A stretch of 64,000 bases of DNA, taken from Hydrolagus colliei. Its lineage: Eukaryota. Shown here in pieces: positions 26,501 to 40,414 of this stretch; the first letter of the stretch is position 1; each line of letters starts with the position of its first letter. A program made the translations under genes and the position numbers. Location: contig CM068745.1 in the NCBI GenBank assembly GCA_035084275.1, positions 82,646,001 through 82,710,000 of the forward strand. The letters run 5' to 3'. Under the pieces are notes generated by a model. The model was not told the origin of the DNA and did no database searches. It was given only the letters and a program-made list of their open reading frames with translations.

Positions 26501-29500
26501 GATGGCAGGTTCTTCACAGCTGGCGACACCATGGAGCTGAAGTGCGTGATCGACGCTCAGAATGCCCAGGACCGGTACTTCTCCATCTTGTGGATCTTCA
26601 ACGGGACGCAGATCGCCAACGTCGGACGCAACGCCGTGCCCACCGTCAACGGCGATTACGCCTCCAGAGATCAGATGGGGCGGGTGAGGTTTGCCAAAGA
26701 GAGTGACACTGCGCACCTGCTGAAAATCTACCACGTGCGATTGGAGGACAGCGGCAAGTACCACTGTCGGGTGACGGAGAGCGAGAAGACGGTGACGGGA
26801 GACTTTATTTCCAGAGAGACCAGCAAGTCGGGCAAAGTTTTAATCAATGTCCAACCTGTCAGTAAGTAGCCGTACGCCCTGAACTGCAGAACACTGCAGG
26901 TCACTCCACTCAAAACAGGAAATCAATTTGAAGCCATCTCTCTTCCAAAGAGGAATGTACAGTTTTGCTAAGTTTCTTTCTTTATCATTTAAGAAGTCTT
27001 TATAGGTAGACTCAGTAAGAGTTCATTTAGTGGTTCCTGGTACGTTCAAATGCAGAATAGAATGTCTGTTCCCTTATCACGAGAATTGTGTTATTAAGCC
27101 ATTCCGAGTAAAGAGGGTTTTTTAACGTGATGCTCAAAAGTTCCTTTGCAGTTCAAGCCACGAGTTACATGATGTTCTTTCACGTTTGGTTCTGACTTTG
27201 AATCCGTACCAAGCTTTACAAGATACCGATTTATCCAGAACTCTGCCACCCGCATACTCACCCGCTCTAAGCCTCGCTCCCCCATTACCCCAGTCCTTGC
27301 CAGACTTCACTGGCTCCATATCCCAGAGAGGATCGACTTCAAGATCCTCACCCTTGTTTTCAAGTCCCTCCACTCCTCTGCACCCCCCCCTATCTCTCTG
27401 ATCTCCTCTCCCCACAACCCAGCACCCGCTGCCTTCGTTCCTCTGGGTCTGGCCTCCTCCATGTCCCCCCCGAGTCCTCCGCTCCACCCTCGGCGGCCGT
27501 GTCTTCAGCCACTACGCCCCGAGGCTCTGGAACTCCCTTCCTCACTCCCTTCGCCTCTCCCCCTCTCTTCCCAGTTTCAGGTCACAGTTGAAGACCTTTC
27601 TCTTCGACCAAGCTTTTGGGCACCTTCCTGCCCCTGCCCCTGGCTCGGTCCCGGGATCCGCTACTGTGAAGCGCTCTGAGACGCCTTCTGGCGTGGAGGG
27701 CGCTATATAAATCGAAGTTGTTGTTGTTGTTGTTGTTGTTGATTTCCTTCTCCTGATGTTTTGTGAAAGGATCCCGATGAGTTTGGCCCATCACAATCAC
27801 AATCGCAATGAACTTACACGACTCCCATCGTTGCCACACAGCCTGGCTTAATTCAAAATAAAATTGAAATCAATTATAACTCGGTCCGATCTATAAATGA
27901 CAATAAATATTGCGCCAAAGGCATTCAACCCAGCCTGGTTATGAAATTTTTCATGGCATCTTGATAAGATAGCAAGGGTCTGAATTCCATGCAATTAATT
28001 CTCTGCTCAACGAAATGATTCAAAGGTGACAGAATTTGGGGGATGAAAATGAAAACTTATTCTATTAAAACACATGTCCTTTATTTTTTGCTGCCCTTTT
28101 CCATGTTATTGGAGTAACCATCGAATTAGGCTTAATTTCAAAAGCAGCCTCACATTTCTATTTAAAATTCCCTCTTTCCTGTGATTTCAAAACACTGGAA
28201 CTAATATACGATCACTGCATATTTGGCAGAGATCCACAGACACAAAACCTTTTACCACCTTAATGTACAGCTATAAGATGACCCAAGAAGATTAGCGATC
28301 GCAACTGACCACAAACCCTACTTATGGTTACAGTATGTTCAACTTGATTTACGAGCTCCTTCACAGTTCATAAAAGTCACAGTCTTCACACACTAGAAAG
28401 AAAATTTGGATGTTATATAGTTGTTGACTGTGTTGGAAAGGATGGTCCCTTTAAATGAAAATCTGGTGGGTTAAATAATTTGATGTTAAATGTTTTAGGT
28501 CCAATCTACACACCTCCAAATCCCAATTTAATTTCAAATTTGAATCTGGGGGAAATTGCGATGTGGTCTATTTTCAAAGTGCTTCACAGGATATACTATA
28601 AAGTGGATTGACTGTGTAGTTTGTGGTGTTGAACCTGCCAGCGCACAGCAGATTCCCACAAATTTTGTCTTAAAAATTTCAGCGAGAAGTTCTTAAATTC
28701 AGTCCTTGATTTGGAAAGTGCTTTACAAAGGATCTTTAAATGATGCTCTCAGAAAAGCAACCTCTTTGACATCCATTTAGAGTGGATGGGAATATTAAAG
28801 TGTTGAGTGATGGAGCTTCTAGTCATAACATGGGAAACTATTCCAGAGCACTTAATCTGGTTATATAAAGCTTTCTTCGCTCACTTTCTAGGAATCTAGA
28901 ATTGGTGTAACCTATGATCTTTGGGTGGGTGGTGGGGGTGTGGGGGTGGAGGGGTGGGGGGGGGGGTGGAATCAGGAGGAAATACGGAAAAAAGTTCGGG
29001 AATAACAATACAGTAAATAAAGTTCGAGAACTCGCTAGAAAATAAATTGTGTTTTTAAGTTGTCTTTCAAAAAGAGAATTAAAAATATTTATATATATTT
29101 CATGCAGTGACTTTGAAAGTAGCTGCAAACGCACTATGCAAGTGCCGCTATGCAATGAAACTTATTTCCAAAGCCAGCGCTCGCAGTGAGAAAATCTTCC
29201 AAGGCTTACATCTCCCCCCCCACCTCCCTCCATAATAAAACCGATTGAATAGTAACAGCCTAGTCTGGGAGGCTTCAGCAGACCTGCAACCTTTAGATTT
29301 TGGCATCAGTTGTGACACTCAGCCAAGGCAGACACAAAACAAAGTTTAGCCACAATGACTAGTCATCTCTGGTCATTGTCTTAAGATTAGGTTATGTCAT
29401 CTTTTGAGAGTATTGGCTTTGACGTCTAGACCTTTAATCTTTCCTTTCATTCACCCCCCCCCCCCCCCCACCACCACCAAAGTAAACCAGTAATAGCTCC

Positions 29501-32500
29501 ACTATTACAAGATGAGTGCCACATGCTACTTATATCAGAATTTTAATGTCTTCATGCAAGTTATGTTGACGTCCGATGAGCTCATGAAAAGGATCTTGAA
29601 AGTACTGCAAACTGCCACTCACTTATCTGAAGTGCCATTGGCTTTTCAAGAGAATTGGATATCCTGAACCCAGTGAGCAACATCAAAGGGTATGTGGTGA
29701 GATGAAGGGAATTCTGACATTAGCGAGAAGACATAGTCACATACTGTACTGTACTCTACTCTGCCCTGCCCCCCTCACCAACTCAAAGCCAACACTCTTT
29801 CAATAGCTAGATATATGCCCCCCCCCCCCCTTTCCCACAGCAACAATATTTTATGAAGTGATGTGTCTCTCCAAAAAAAACTATCCCATCGCATCAATCA
29901 GGCTTGTAACTTTCTTGTGCCTTGTGTGTAGAAATGGTGTTGCCTCAGTAACAGAGCTCTTATTCAAATGTGAGGAACGCTGGCAGAACCTGACCCCCCA
30001 CCCCCTTTTGGTGGGATTACATCATGGAGGAATTCCATGGGGCTGGGTCCAGACTTTTACTCTGTTTACGTAGCAGTTCGGAGAGATTTGCAAGAGTTCA
30101 ATCGTCACCTCAAAGTTGTTTTCTTTGTAACGTTCTTCTGAGAAACTGACAGCGAGTTGCACGTTTGAGAGCTTCAAGATAAACTGACTTCAAAGTTACC
30201 GCAGCGCTTAACAATTTGCCAAATTCCGGACACTCTAAAATGTTAAGAAAATAGATTAAATCCCAAGACCGGGTGGGGGGGGGGGGGAATTTGTCTTCAG
30301 CTGAGAGCCAGTCGTATCCAACTCTAAACTCTACATTTGTATATCAAAACTGCAGTCTCGGGTCCAAACATAATGTCAGAAAATCAGGATGTTTATCCCT
30401 TTAATATTGAGGCTTTTCTCCCAGTTAAGAGATAATAACAAATTCAGAATTAAACTGCGCCCACCATTCCCTCCCCTCCACCAGCGCAGCATGTACAGTA
30501 TTGTGATATATATATATATATATATATATCTGAGAATATACAGTCAATTCTCTTCATCTCCTTCATCCTGCCCTGACCCCTCCCCCACTGGTCTTGTCCC
30601 TACCTGACTATTCAGCGCCTTGGGACGTCCTCTCAATGTGAGAGACGCTATGTATAAATCTAAATGTAAGTTGTTGTGTTTTTGGATTGATTCCGTGAGT
30701 CCCAATTAAACTTAAGACTTATCTTTTTTTTCTCTCCCCCCCCCCCCCCACCCCCACCCCGCCCCAACTCCCCCATCAAAGAGAGTGACCTGAGTGTGGT
30801 TGTCACTAGTAACACGACCAGGGTGTTAGAGGGCGACTCGCTGGAGTTCATCTGCAACGTTCGTTCGGCAAAGAGGAGCCGGCGCCAACTGACTGTAGTC
30901 TGGCAACTGATAAACAAACAGAAGCAGACCACAGACGTCATCAGCCTGGACCGCGACGGAACCCAGCTGCTGGGCTCATCGTACAGAGTGCGGGGGGCCA
31001 GGGGGGAGGTCAGGCTGGCCAGAGTGAAGCCGGACAGCTTCACCTTGGTACTCCACAACGCCGGGGTCTCTGATGACGGAGAGTACGTTTGCACGGTGGC
31101 GGAGTGGGTCCTGAACACAGACGGGGATTGGCAGAGGATAGGCAAACACTCGGATCACGCCGTAGCCACGGTCACTCCTCTCGGTAAGCTTCCCCCCCCA
31201 CCCACCCCGTGTCGGGAAATACCCAATGGCAGGAAGGCAGAAGTCAGGGAAAAGTCACGTTTATCTGGCTTGTGTTGTTTTTTAATTGAAACTAAACACA
31301 AAATGTATCATGGCCACAATGTTATGATAAATGCCCCAGACTGGCTATCCTACCCAATTTCCGGGCTCTGGCCTGCAGAGCGGAGAGGTCGATAGGCGAT
31401 CAGGATCAGATCTAATAATAATCCTTGCATTTGGTATAGCAGCTTTTCACGTCTTCTAGGCCAGTGGTTCTCAACTAGGGGTATATGTACCCCAGAGGTA
31501 CAAAATGACTTCTAGGGGATACAGGTGACGATACATTGATATATTTAGCTCTCTCATTTAGCGTTTTATAGCCTTTCCAAGTTGTATATTTAATTGTTAT
31601 TCCCCTGGTTGTGTATGTCGCAAGGTATTTTGTTATATAAGAAAAGCTTGGGTCATAAAATGCAAGTGGAGTGAGGGGGATGGTGTGGTGTGTGTGTGTG
31701 TGTGATTGGGGGTGGGAGGTACATGATAACGCTGAAGATTAACAAGGGGTACGTTACTGAAAAGGTTTGAGAAACCCCTGGTTCTAGACTGTGTCTCAAA
31801 GCGCTTCACAGAATATACTGCAAAAGTGAATTGACTGTATATTTGTGGGCGAAATTGAGTATCTTACTGCTTGTTTCTAACCATTGTTTTATGTATAATG
31901 AGGGCTGGAGAATTGCTGAAGTTGAACAGGGATGTTTCAGCTTGAGAATGCGTTGCTGAATTGAATTCTGCGGCTCGTGTTATTATTATAGAACCCGGGA
32001 ATTCCAACATCCGTGGCTTTTTATGTTCATAAAAATGTTTTTATGTTTCCGTCCGGGGACTCCATCCCGCAGCCCCTCCGCCTCACCTCCTCCCTTTCCT
32101 CCTTCAAGGCCGGTCTCAAGACCGGCCTTGAAGGAGGAAATGTACTTCTCAATGGCAATCTAATTGCCATTGAGAAGTACATGTACCAGTTATTACAATG
32201 CAATACAAAATTACACATTTATATAATGCCTTTCACGTTGGGAGGACCACCCAAGGCACCTTCCTCTTCGACCGTGTCTTCTACTCCCCTCCTAACTCTC
32301 CCCACCCCCCACCCCCACCCCCCCCCCTCCTACTCTCCTTCCCCTTCCCCCTACCCTCCCACCTGCCCCACTACTCGGGTCCCGACCTGACTGTTCAGCG
32401 CCTTAAGGGACGCCGTCCCGACGCGAAAGGCGCTCTATCAATGTAATGTTGTTGTTGTTCATGACAGAATCCAGCTTCTCGGTCACTGCCATAACCCGGA

Positions 32501-34710
32501 CCCCGTCAGTGGTCTATGACCACACGTTCGAGCTGCAGTGCTTCATCCGGCCAGTCTTCCCTTCCCGAGTGCCGGTCTCCGTGACATGGAAATTCCAGCC
32601 CGCCGGGACTGGACCCAGCTACGAACTGGTGACTTTCACCCACGAGGCCACCATCGTGTGGGGGGACCAGATGGCCAATTTCAAGACAAAGACGCTGATA
32701 ACCAAATCGGCCTCCAACATCGTCCGTCTGAGCGTCTCTAAAGCCAGCGATCTGGAAGCCGGCCGCTATCAGTGTGTGGCTGAACTCTGGCACAGAAACC
32801 ACGTGGACCAGTGGGTCAAGAAAGCCAGTAAATCCTCAAATCCTTTGGAAGTCAAGGTCAAACCCCCAGGTATGGTCACACACAGTTAGCCTCTGGCTGC
32901 TAATTATTCATTTCCAGTGTTTGACTCTAAATACATTCACGTTGTTCAATATATATTGGACCTGGGTCTTGCCGTTTCTCCCACGTTTTTATTAATAATA
33001 ATAATACTAATAATAAGCCTTGCATTTGATATAGCGGCTTAGTTTTCACATCTTCTAGACTGTGTCTCAAAGCGCTTCACGCTTTTTCAAGTGAATTGAC
33101 TGTATCTATTTTGTGGGCAAAATGCGGTAGTTAAATGCGCATAACAGCGTCCCCCCACACACAGTCGTGGATTGGTTCTCTTCTGTGCAATTTAAATTCT
33201 AAAGAACCTTCCTCCCACTGTTTCCAGGATGCTGATTCCCGCTGGATTTGGTCGCTTAACGCTTGCAGCTTCTTCCGTACCTCACCCAAATGATAATGAT
33301 AATAATAATAATACTTGCATTTCACATCAGGAGAAGTTCCAAAGGAGCACCTGTGGCTCATTGGTTAGAGCGCTCGCCTTACAAGTGTGAGACCTGTGTT
33401 CGAATCCAGGCAGATCAGTGCGAAACCTTGGGCAGGTTTCCTTACTCTACATCCCTAATAATAATCCCTCAAATAAAACAATAATAAAATTGGTCATTTT
33501 CAATCCACGTCTGTTTGTGTGGGGGGACGCTGCTGTGCGCAATTGGCTGCCGCGTTTCGCCCACAAACATACAGTCACTTCACTTTACAGCATATTCTGT
33601 GAAGCGCTTTGAGACGTCGATAAGATGTGAAAAGCCACTATATAAAATGGAAGGATATTTATTATTATTATTATAGACGTCCAGAGAATCCATATGAGCG
33701 CCATGATTTTCGTAACAGATAATGATCCTTCACCTTGTTTGAAATCCTTCGCAACACGGATGGAGTGATGAGGAAGTCGCTGGCGTCATTCGACTGCAAT
33801 AGGAAATAAAAAGGAACTCTTGTTATAGGAAACGTATCTCCTAGATAGGCTCCATTATTTTGTCACTGAGATTGTCATTGTCAACAAATAACTTCCATCT
33901 GCTGTTTTCCCATACACCTGGTGACCAATGTTCACAAGAAAATAATGACTCTTACCTGTGTCTCAGTCTCTCCTCTCTCTCTCTCTCTCTAAACCCTCCT
34001 TTCCCTGGTGCAATTAATCTTCGTCTCTCAATTCTCAAGTGCAGTTTCTCACCATCTCTCTCTCTCTCTCTCTCAAACACACACACGCACACACCCTCCA
34101 CCACATTGCTCTTTCTGTGTTTTCAATGGTTTCTCAGTTTAGCTTAAATACAACTCTCCCCCCCCCACCCCTTCCTTGAGGTTTAAGCATCAACTCTGTG
34201 TCAAAGCTCATTTCCTACGAGCTGGATTGAGTGGAGCCAGTAGCCATTAATGTTTTCACTGTTCCATCGCGCCAGTAATTAAGAGTCATAGTACATTAGC
34301 GCAAACAAGCTGCCAGCTCCGATCCATCCCCGCCAGCAAGCGGGAAGAGGAACGGAATCCACTCAGAGAGGAGACTACAGAAAGATGCCCTCCCATTATT
34401 AACTCTTCTTGCGCTTGTGAATGTTGTAATCGTGGAGGTACTGTGACAAAAAGAGAGAAAATCTTGGCAGTTTTGGCTGATTCATTAATTGTAATTATCC
34501 TTGCGTTTTGATGTAGCTGCTTTTCACATCTTATCGACGTCTCAAAGCGCTTCACGGAATATACTGTAAAGTGAATTGACTGTATATTTGTGGGTGAAAC
34601 GCGGCAGCCAATTGCGCACAGCAGCGTCCCCCACACAATCCACAGTCGTGGATTCAAATGACCAATTTTTTATTATTGTGGGGGTTTTTTGGATGGATTA
34701 TTCTTACTAG

Positions 34711-34748
<38 letters not shown>

Positions 34749-37700
34749 AGTAAGGAAACTTGCCCAAGGTTTCGCCCTGACCTGCCTGGATTCAAACACA
34801 GGTCTCACACACTTGTAAGGCGAGTGCTCTCTTAACCACTGAACTATAGGAGCTCCACAGGAGCTTTGACACAGTAAAACCTATGTTAGTGTTAACGGAA
34901 GGTCTTATTTAGGCTCGGTAGCATTCTGTTTGAGGGTAGTAAAAACCCACTGTGAACTCACAGGGGAGAACTTCCAACAGATTGTGTGAACTTTATAGAA
35001 AAATCATTATCTTCTGCTTTGGTGGGGGAAACAATAGATTGAGTGGAACGCAAGGGAGCAAAAGGTACAGTGTTTTTGGTCTAAAGATCTCAAGATCCTA
35101 TTCTAACAGCACAATGGAATCTTAAATCTTTTGTGGAGCTCCTGTGGCTCAGTGGTTAGAGCACTTGTCTTGCAAGCTGGGGAGACCAAGCTGGGGAGAC
35201 CTGTGTTCGAATCCAGGCAGGTCAGGGCGAAACCTTGGGCAAGTTTCCTTACTCCACACGCCTAATAATAATCCCTCCAAACAAACCCACAATAATAAAA
35301 TTGGTCATTTCAACCCATGACTGTGTGTGGGGGACGCTGCTGTGCGCAATTGGCTGCTGCGATTCGCCCACAAATATACACAGTCAATTCACTTTATGGT
35401 GTATTCTGTGAAAAGCTTTGAGACGTCGATAAGATGTGAAAAGCGCTATATCAAATGCAAGGATTATTATTATTATTATTATTGTTAAACCAACGGATTT
35501 CACGTTTTAACTGCTCGCTGTCCCAGACTGAATAATTTAAAGTTCCAGACTGAATACTGAATATTATGCATTATTCTAGCCCAGCATCGTGAAGGGTTGT
35601 TGACAGATTCTTTTTATTTAAATATTTGATGATTTGCCGGAGAGAAAAGATTGGAAAATACTGTACCACAGATTGCCTCAGCCATCTTCTCTGTGGGCAG
35701 GTGAAAGGGTGCGAGGGATGAAATAGGCCAAATTTTCTGTTTAAAAAAAAAATCTGTGACTATATCAGGGTCGAAACAAAAAGAAACTGGGAAATGAGTG
35801 ACTGCAAATATTCCCAAAACACTTTCTGCGTTTAGCCTTCCATTGCATGCGAATGCTACTTGCTGTAGTTTCTATATTTTTTTCTCTAATTCTGATGAGT
35901 CAAAATAGCTCCCTTCGCACACAAAAAAAACAACAACACATTAAGGGAGCTCAAGGTTTATTTTCCCAAATGATTGGGAATATCTTGGGGGTGGCGGGGG
36001 GAGAAATAGGAGAGACAAATGAACGTACTGTAATTATGGGGAGGAGCTGGAGGTTTGTCACATCTGGTGTGACATTCCAGGTGTTTTGGCTTTTTCTACT
36101 TACACACCCAGAGGGACATGGAAGTATAGGTCAAATCCCCTGAAGCTTCCCAGGCCTTCTCAGGCCTAATTACAGAGACTTGTCTGAGGAATGACACATT
36201 ACCTAAAAGGCAGGGGGAGGTGGGTGGGTGGGTGGGTGGGGGTGGAATATAAAATTCATCTCTTAAGAAAAACACATGCGCTATCATATAAGCCAAAGCT
36301 TTCTGACATGCCTGCGTTTTATTTGGCTTTTTGTGGCTCATTATGTTTTAAATTAGAATGAAACGATTCGTTTTAGAATCTCAATTCCGTATTTGATTGG
36401 AAATACTTTTTCCTCTAGCTATTATTTTTTTCACACATCATTAGCCAGCGGCATTAAAAAAAAATTGTTCCCCAGCCCCCCCCCCATTGTAAATTCAGTG
36501 GATAAACACTAACTGGTTTTATGATCGTAAAATAATAATAATAATACTTGCAATTGACACAGTGCGTTAACATTTCATCTCCCTTGCTCGCTGTAGGACA
36601 ATTTTACTTTGGCCTGTACTGTAATGGTCCTTGGCAGCTGTGTTAATCATTGCTCAAACTCCCTGAAGAGATGCACTTGCATTTAACATGATGGAACCTA
36701 AGACATAATAATAATTCTTGATTTGATATTTGATACAGCGCCTTATTACTGAGACGCCTCAAAGCGCTTCACAGAAGATACTGTAAAGTAGATTGACTGC
36801 GTATTTTGTGGGTGAAATGACTTGAGGTCTGTGTGTGTGAAGAGGAAAATGTACTTTTTTTTCCCAATGTATGACTCCCGAATGCTGAGCAATTTAATGC
36901 CCACTTTGCAGAAAATATATCCTTCGCATTATTATTCAATCCCATTCAAACATAATTAGTTACTCTTAAAGAATGTTTAACGTTGGAAATTCTTTCTGTG
37001 ACATTTAATATAAATCACCTTTGGCTTAGTAAAGTACCAGATACTGAAATTGAATTCAATCAGACTGACAGTCAGCGAGGCTGCAGTAATAGCTGGTGAG
37101 CAGTTTAAAGCTTCTACCTGTATGAAAAACTGTATGGTTTAAGATTCTGAGCACAAGTACTGATAGAGAATGTGGATCCTCAGCTATGACTTCACCTGTG
37201 AGGAGAAGCTAGAGAGGCTAGGTTTATTCTCATTGGAACAGAAAAGGTTACGAGGAGACCTAATAGAGGTTTTCAAGATCATGAGGGAATTCGACAGAGT
37301 AAACAGGGAAAAACTGTTTCCACTGGTGGGCGTATCAGTGACCCGTGGTCACAGATTTAAAACAGTTTCTAAAAGAAGCAGAGGGGAGCTGAGGAGAAAT
37401 GTTTTTCACTCAGCGGGTTGTTGGAATCTGGAATGCATTGCCTGAAAAGGTGGTGGAGGCCGATTCGATAACAGCTTTCAAAAGAGAGGTAGACGTTTAT
37501 TTGGGGAGGACGGGTTTGCGAGGTTATGGGGAGTGGCCTCATTCAAAATGGCCTCCCTCAGTCATCCGTGCTTCAATCCTCCAGTCATCAGAACTTGTGG
37601 AAGTCATTGGGTTCACAATACTGTAGCACTAGAAAGTAGTTCAAAATTCAGAGCGCGTAAAGAGAAAAGGTAACGTTTTCAGCAGCAGCCGCGACAGTAG

Positions 37701-40378
37701 GTACATGGTGTCTGACCAGGCAGCTGCCTTGACTAATTCACGATGGATGGGCAATAGCAGGAGGTAACTCAATAGGAATCATCCTCGTATTTGATGTGCA
37801 ATACAATACAAATTTACATTGATATACCTGCAGCATCTTTCATGTCAGAAAGACATCCCAAAGTGCGAGACATTCGTGGCTCGGCACCTGAGCTGAGGGG
37901 AGAATTAGCGGAGGGAGGGGGGTGAGAGGGTTGGGGGTGGGGGGAAGGAAAGGTGACTGAAGGCCAGTCAAAGAGATGGACGTTGAAAGAGGGTGAGGGA
38001 GGGTTTGAGTCAGACGGACTCCAGAGATGGTGTCACAGAGAAGTGGCGCCAGACAGGCTGAAAGCACAACTGCTGATGGTGGGAAGGGTAGGGTAGGGTC
38101 AGGGTAGGGTAGGGTGGGGGGACTTGGAAGCAGACTGGTGTCCGTTGAACGAAGGGAACAGCTGGGACAATACAGTTAAGTGCCTTTCACATCAGCAGGA
38201 CATCTCAAAGTGCTTCACGGTGTACACTTATCATGCATTGACTGTCATTTGTCAGCGAGTGTTGGCAGCCAATTTCTGTCTCACGAATCATTCGCAAAGT
38301 GAAGGATCAATTTTAACTGCCGATGGGTAAAGACTGGGAACTCCCATGAACCAGAAACTTCAAATGTGATCAGAAAAACAAGGAATGACAGAGGGGAGAC
38401 AGAGAGAGAGAGGAGAATAACAGACAATTGGGAGAAAAGGTAGAGAGAGAGAGAGAGAGAGAGAGGAAGAGAAGAAAAAAACAAGGCTTGGATAAGCTGA
38501 AGAAAGTTGAAAATAAAATAATAATAATAATCCTTGCATTTCATATCATGCTTTTCTTGTCTCCTAGACTGTGTCTCAAACCAGAATATACTGTAAAGTG
38601 AATTGACTGTATACATGTGGGCGAAGCATACACAGTCAATTCACTTCACAGTAATATTCTGTGAAGCGTTTTGAGACGTCTCGAAGATATGATAAAGTGC
38701 TATATCAAATAGAAGGATTATTATTGTTAGAATAAAATTATAGGAACGGCAAGGAAAAACCGGGCCCGAAAATGAGCGAATAATAACAAAGGAAGAGAAA
38801 CAAACGTTTAAAATTTGTTTTCTTGTGATCTGGGCTTGTGGTTGAAGATGACTGAACTAGTGCGCAAGGAAATTGTCAGTCCATCGTGCAAACGCACACC
38901 TTAATCCTTCTATTAGGTATTTCTAGCAGAATTCAGCAGCGGCAGATACAGCGCAGAAAGGTTCATCCTGAAACGCTCTCTCTCTCAGCCTCGCAGGCTC
39001 CGTCATAGCCGAATAAAACAGAGGTTGTGTTGCGAAGGCAGGGTGCTGAATTCACCGTTCCATTTCGATCCCCGATTTGCGTTCTCTTGCGACATTTGTC
39101 ACTTGAGGTGATTAAAATAAAAAAGGCTTGTGGAATGGTAACCTTTCTTCCATTCATTATTCTTTCTGTGGCTGCCGCTTTCAAGGTAGGTCCAAACCCA
39201 AGGTCACTTGCAGTGCCTAGTACATTATAATCAACGTTTCAGTCAATAAAGCTCCCCGTGAGAACGCAAATCGGGGATCGAAATGGAACGGTGAATTTAG
39301 CCGTCACAGAGTCGCTCTATCGTTATAGTCGGTTTGGTTTCCTACTCAACTGTTGGCACTGACTCAATGGAACGCGCAGTAGCTTTTGAACATTTTGAAA
39401 ACCTAACGGAATTACAGTAACTTCGGTTTCAGAGTAAATTAAGTTAGGTTAGGAGGCTGAGCAGGGCTGGAAATTGCCCGCGACTTAAAAGTCATCTCCG
39501 GAAACTGTTAGGCCCTGTTTAGGGCCACTCCTAAGTGTAGACATTCAAACATTTATAACCCTTTACTAGAGACCGGTGTTGTGATAATGTCTGGAGCTCT
39601 GGATGTGCAATCGGTTCAGGGAGCGAAGGGGTGGGTAGGGGAGTGAAATGGAATGGTCCCAGTGTGACTAACACTGTGACGTCAATCAGAATGGGATGCC
39701 AGCCTTGGTTCAGTTGGGAGCAATTTTTGCCGTCACATGTAGTGGCTTTGAAATCAAATCTCGCCTGACCCTCCCGATTCAGTGTTGGGCGAATACTAAC
39801 ATACAAGCTACAGAGGTGCCATACCTTCAGATGCGACATTAAAACCCAGGTCTCGTACTGCCCGTTTAGGTAGACATTAAAGATCCTCCCACCCCCCCCA
39901 CCCCACTGCTATTCAAAAAGTAGTATAGCGAGTTTCTTGTGGGATCCTGGCCAACGATCCCCAAGATAAAATTGGCCATTGGCTATTTGGGGGATATTGG
40001 TGTGCGCAAAATTGCCTGCTGCATATCTCCCCCCCCCGACAAAAATACACACAGTCACACCACCACAACAAATTACATTTGTACAGTGCCTTTCACGTCA
40101 GGAGGATGTCGCAAGGCGCTGAACGATTAGGGGGCAACCCGAGCTGGGAGTCTTACACTGATTCCTGGGAGGCATTTTCAGAGGTCCAGGTGACGTGCAA
40201 AGTATTATCATGTATAATTATTTTGCGTGCACGTGTTTGAAGTGTCTGTCCATGGTTGCGTATGTGTCTATGCTTACACACATATATCTGCAGAGGGAAG
40301 GGGACAATCAGGTCAAAACAAGCAAAACGAATTATAAAAGACTGGAGTTGAAGTAGCGGCGGCGACATTCGCTGAAGG

Positions 40379-40414
<36 letters not shown>

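Noticed and set aside
33344-33410. tRNA-like sequence (anticodon-like TAC/TGC), also at 13925, 14488, 34790, 35135, 52885
   Set aside because: Continues directly into SINE body, lacks a proper acceptor stem, and varies between copies; these are SINE heads, not tRNA genes.
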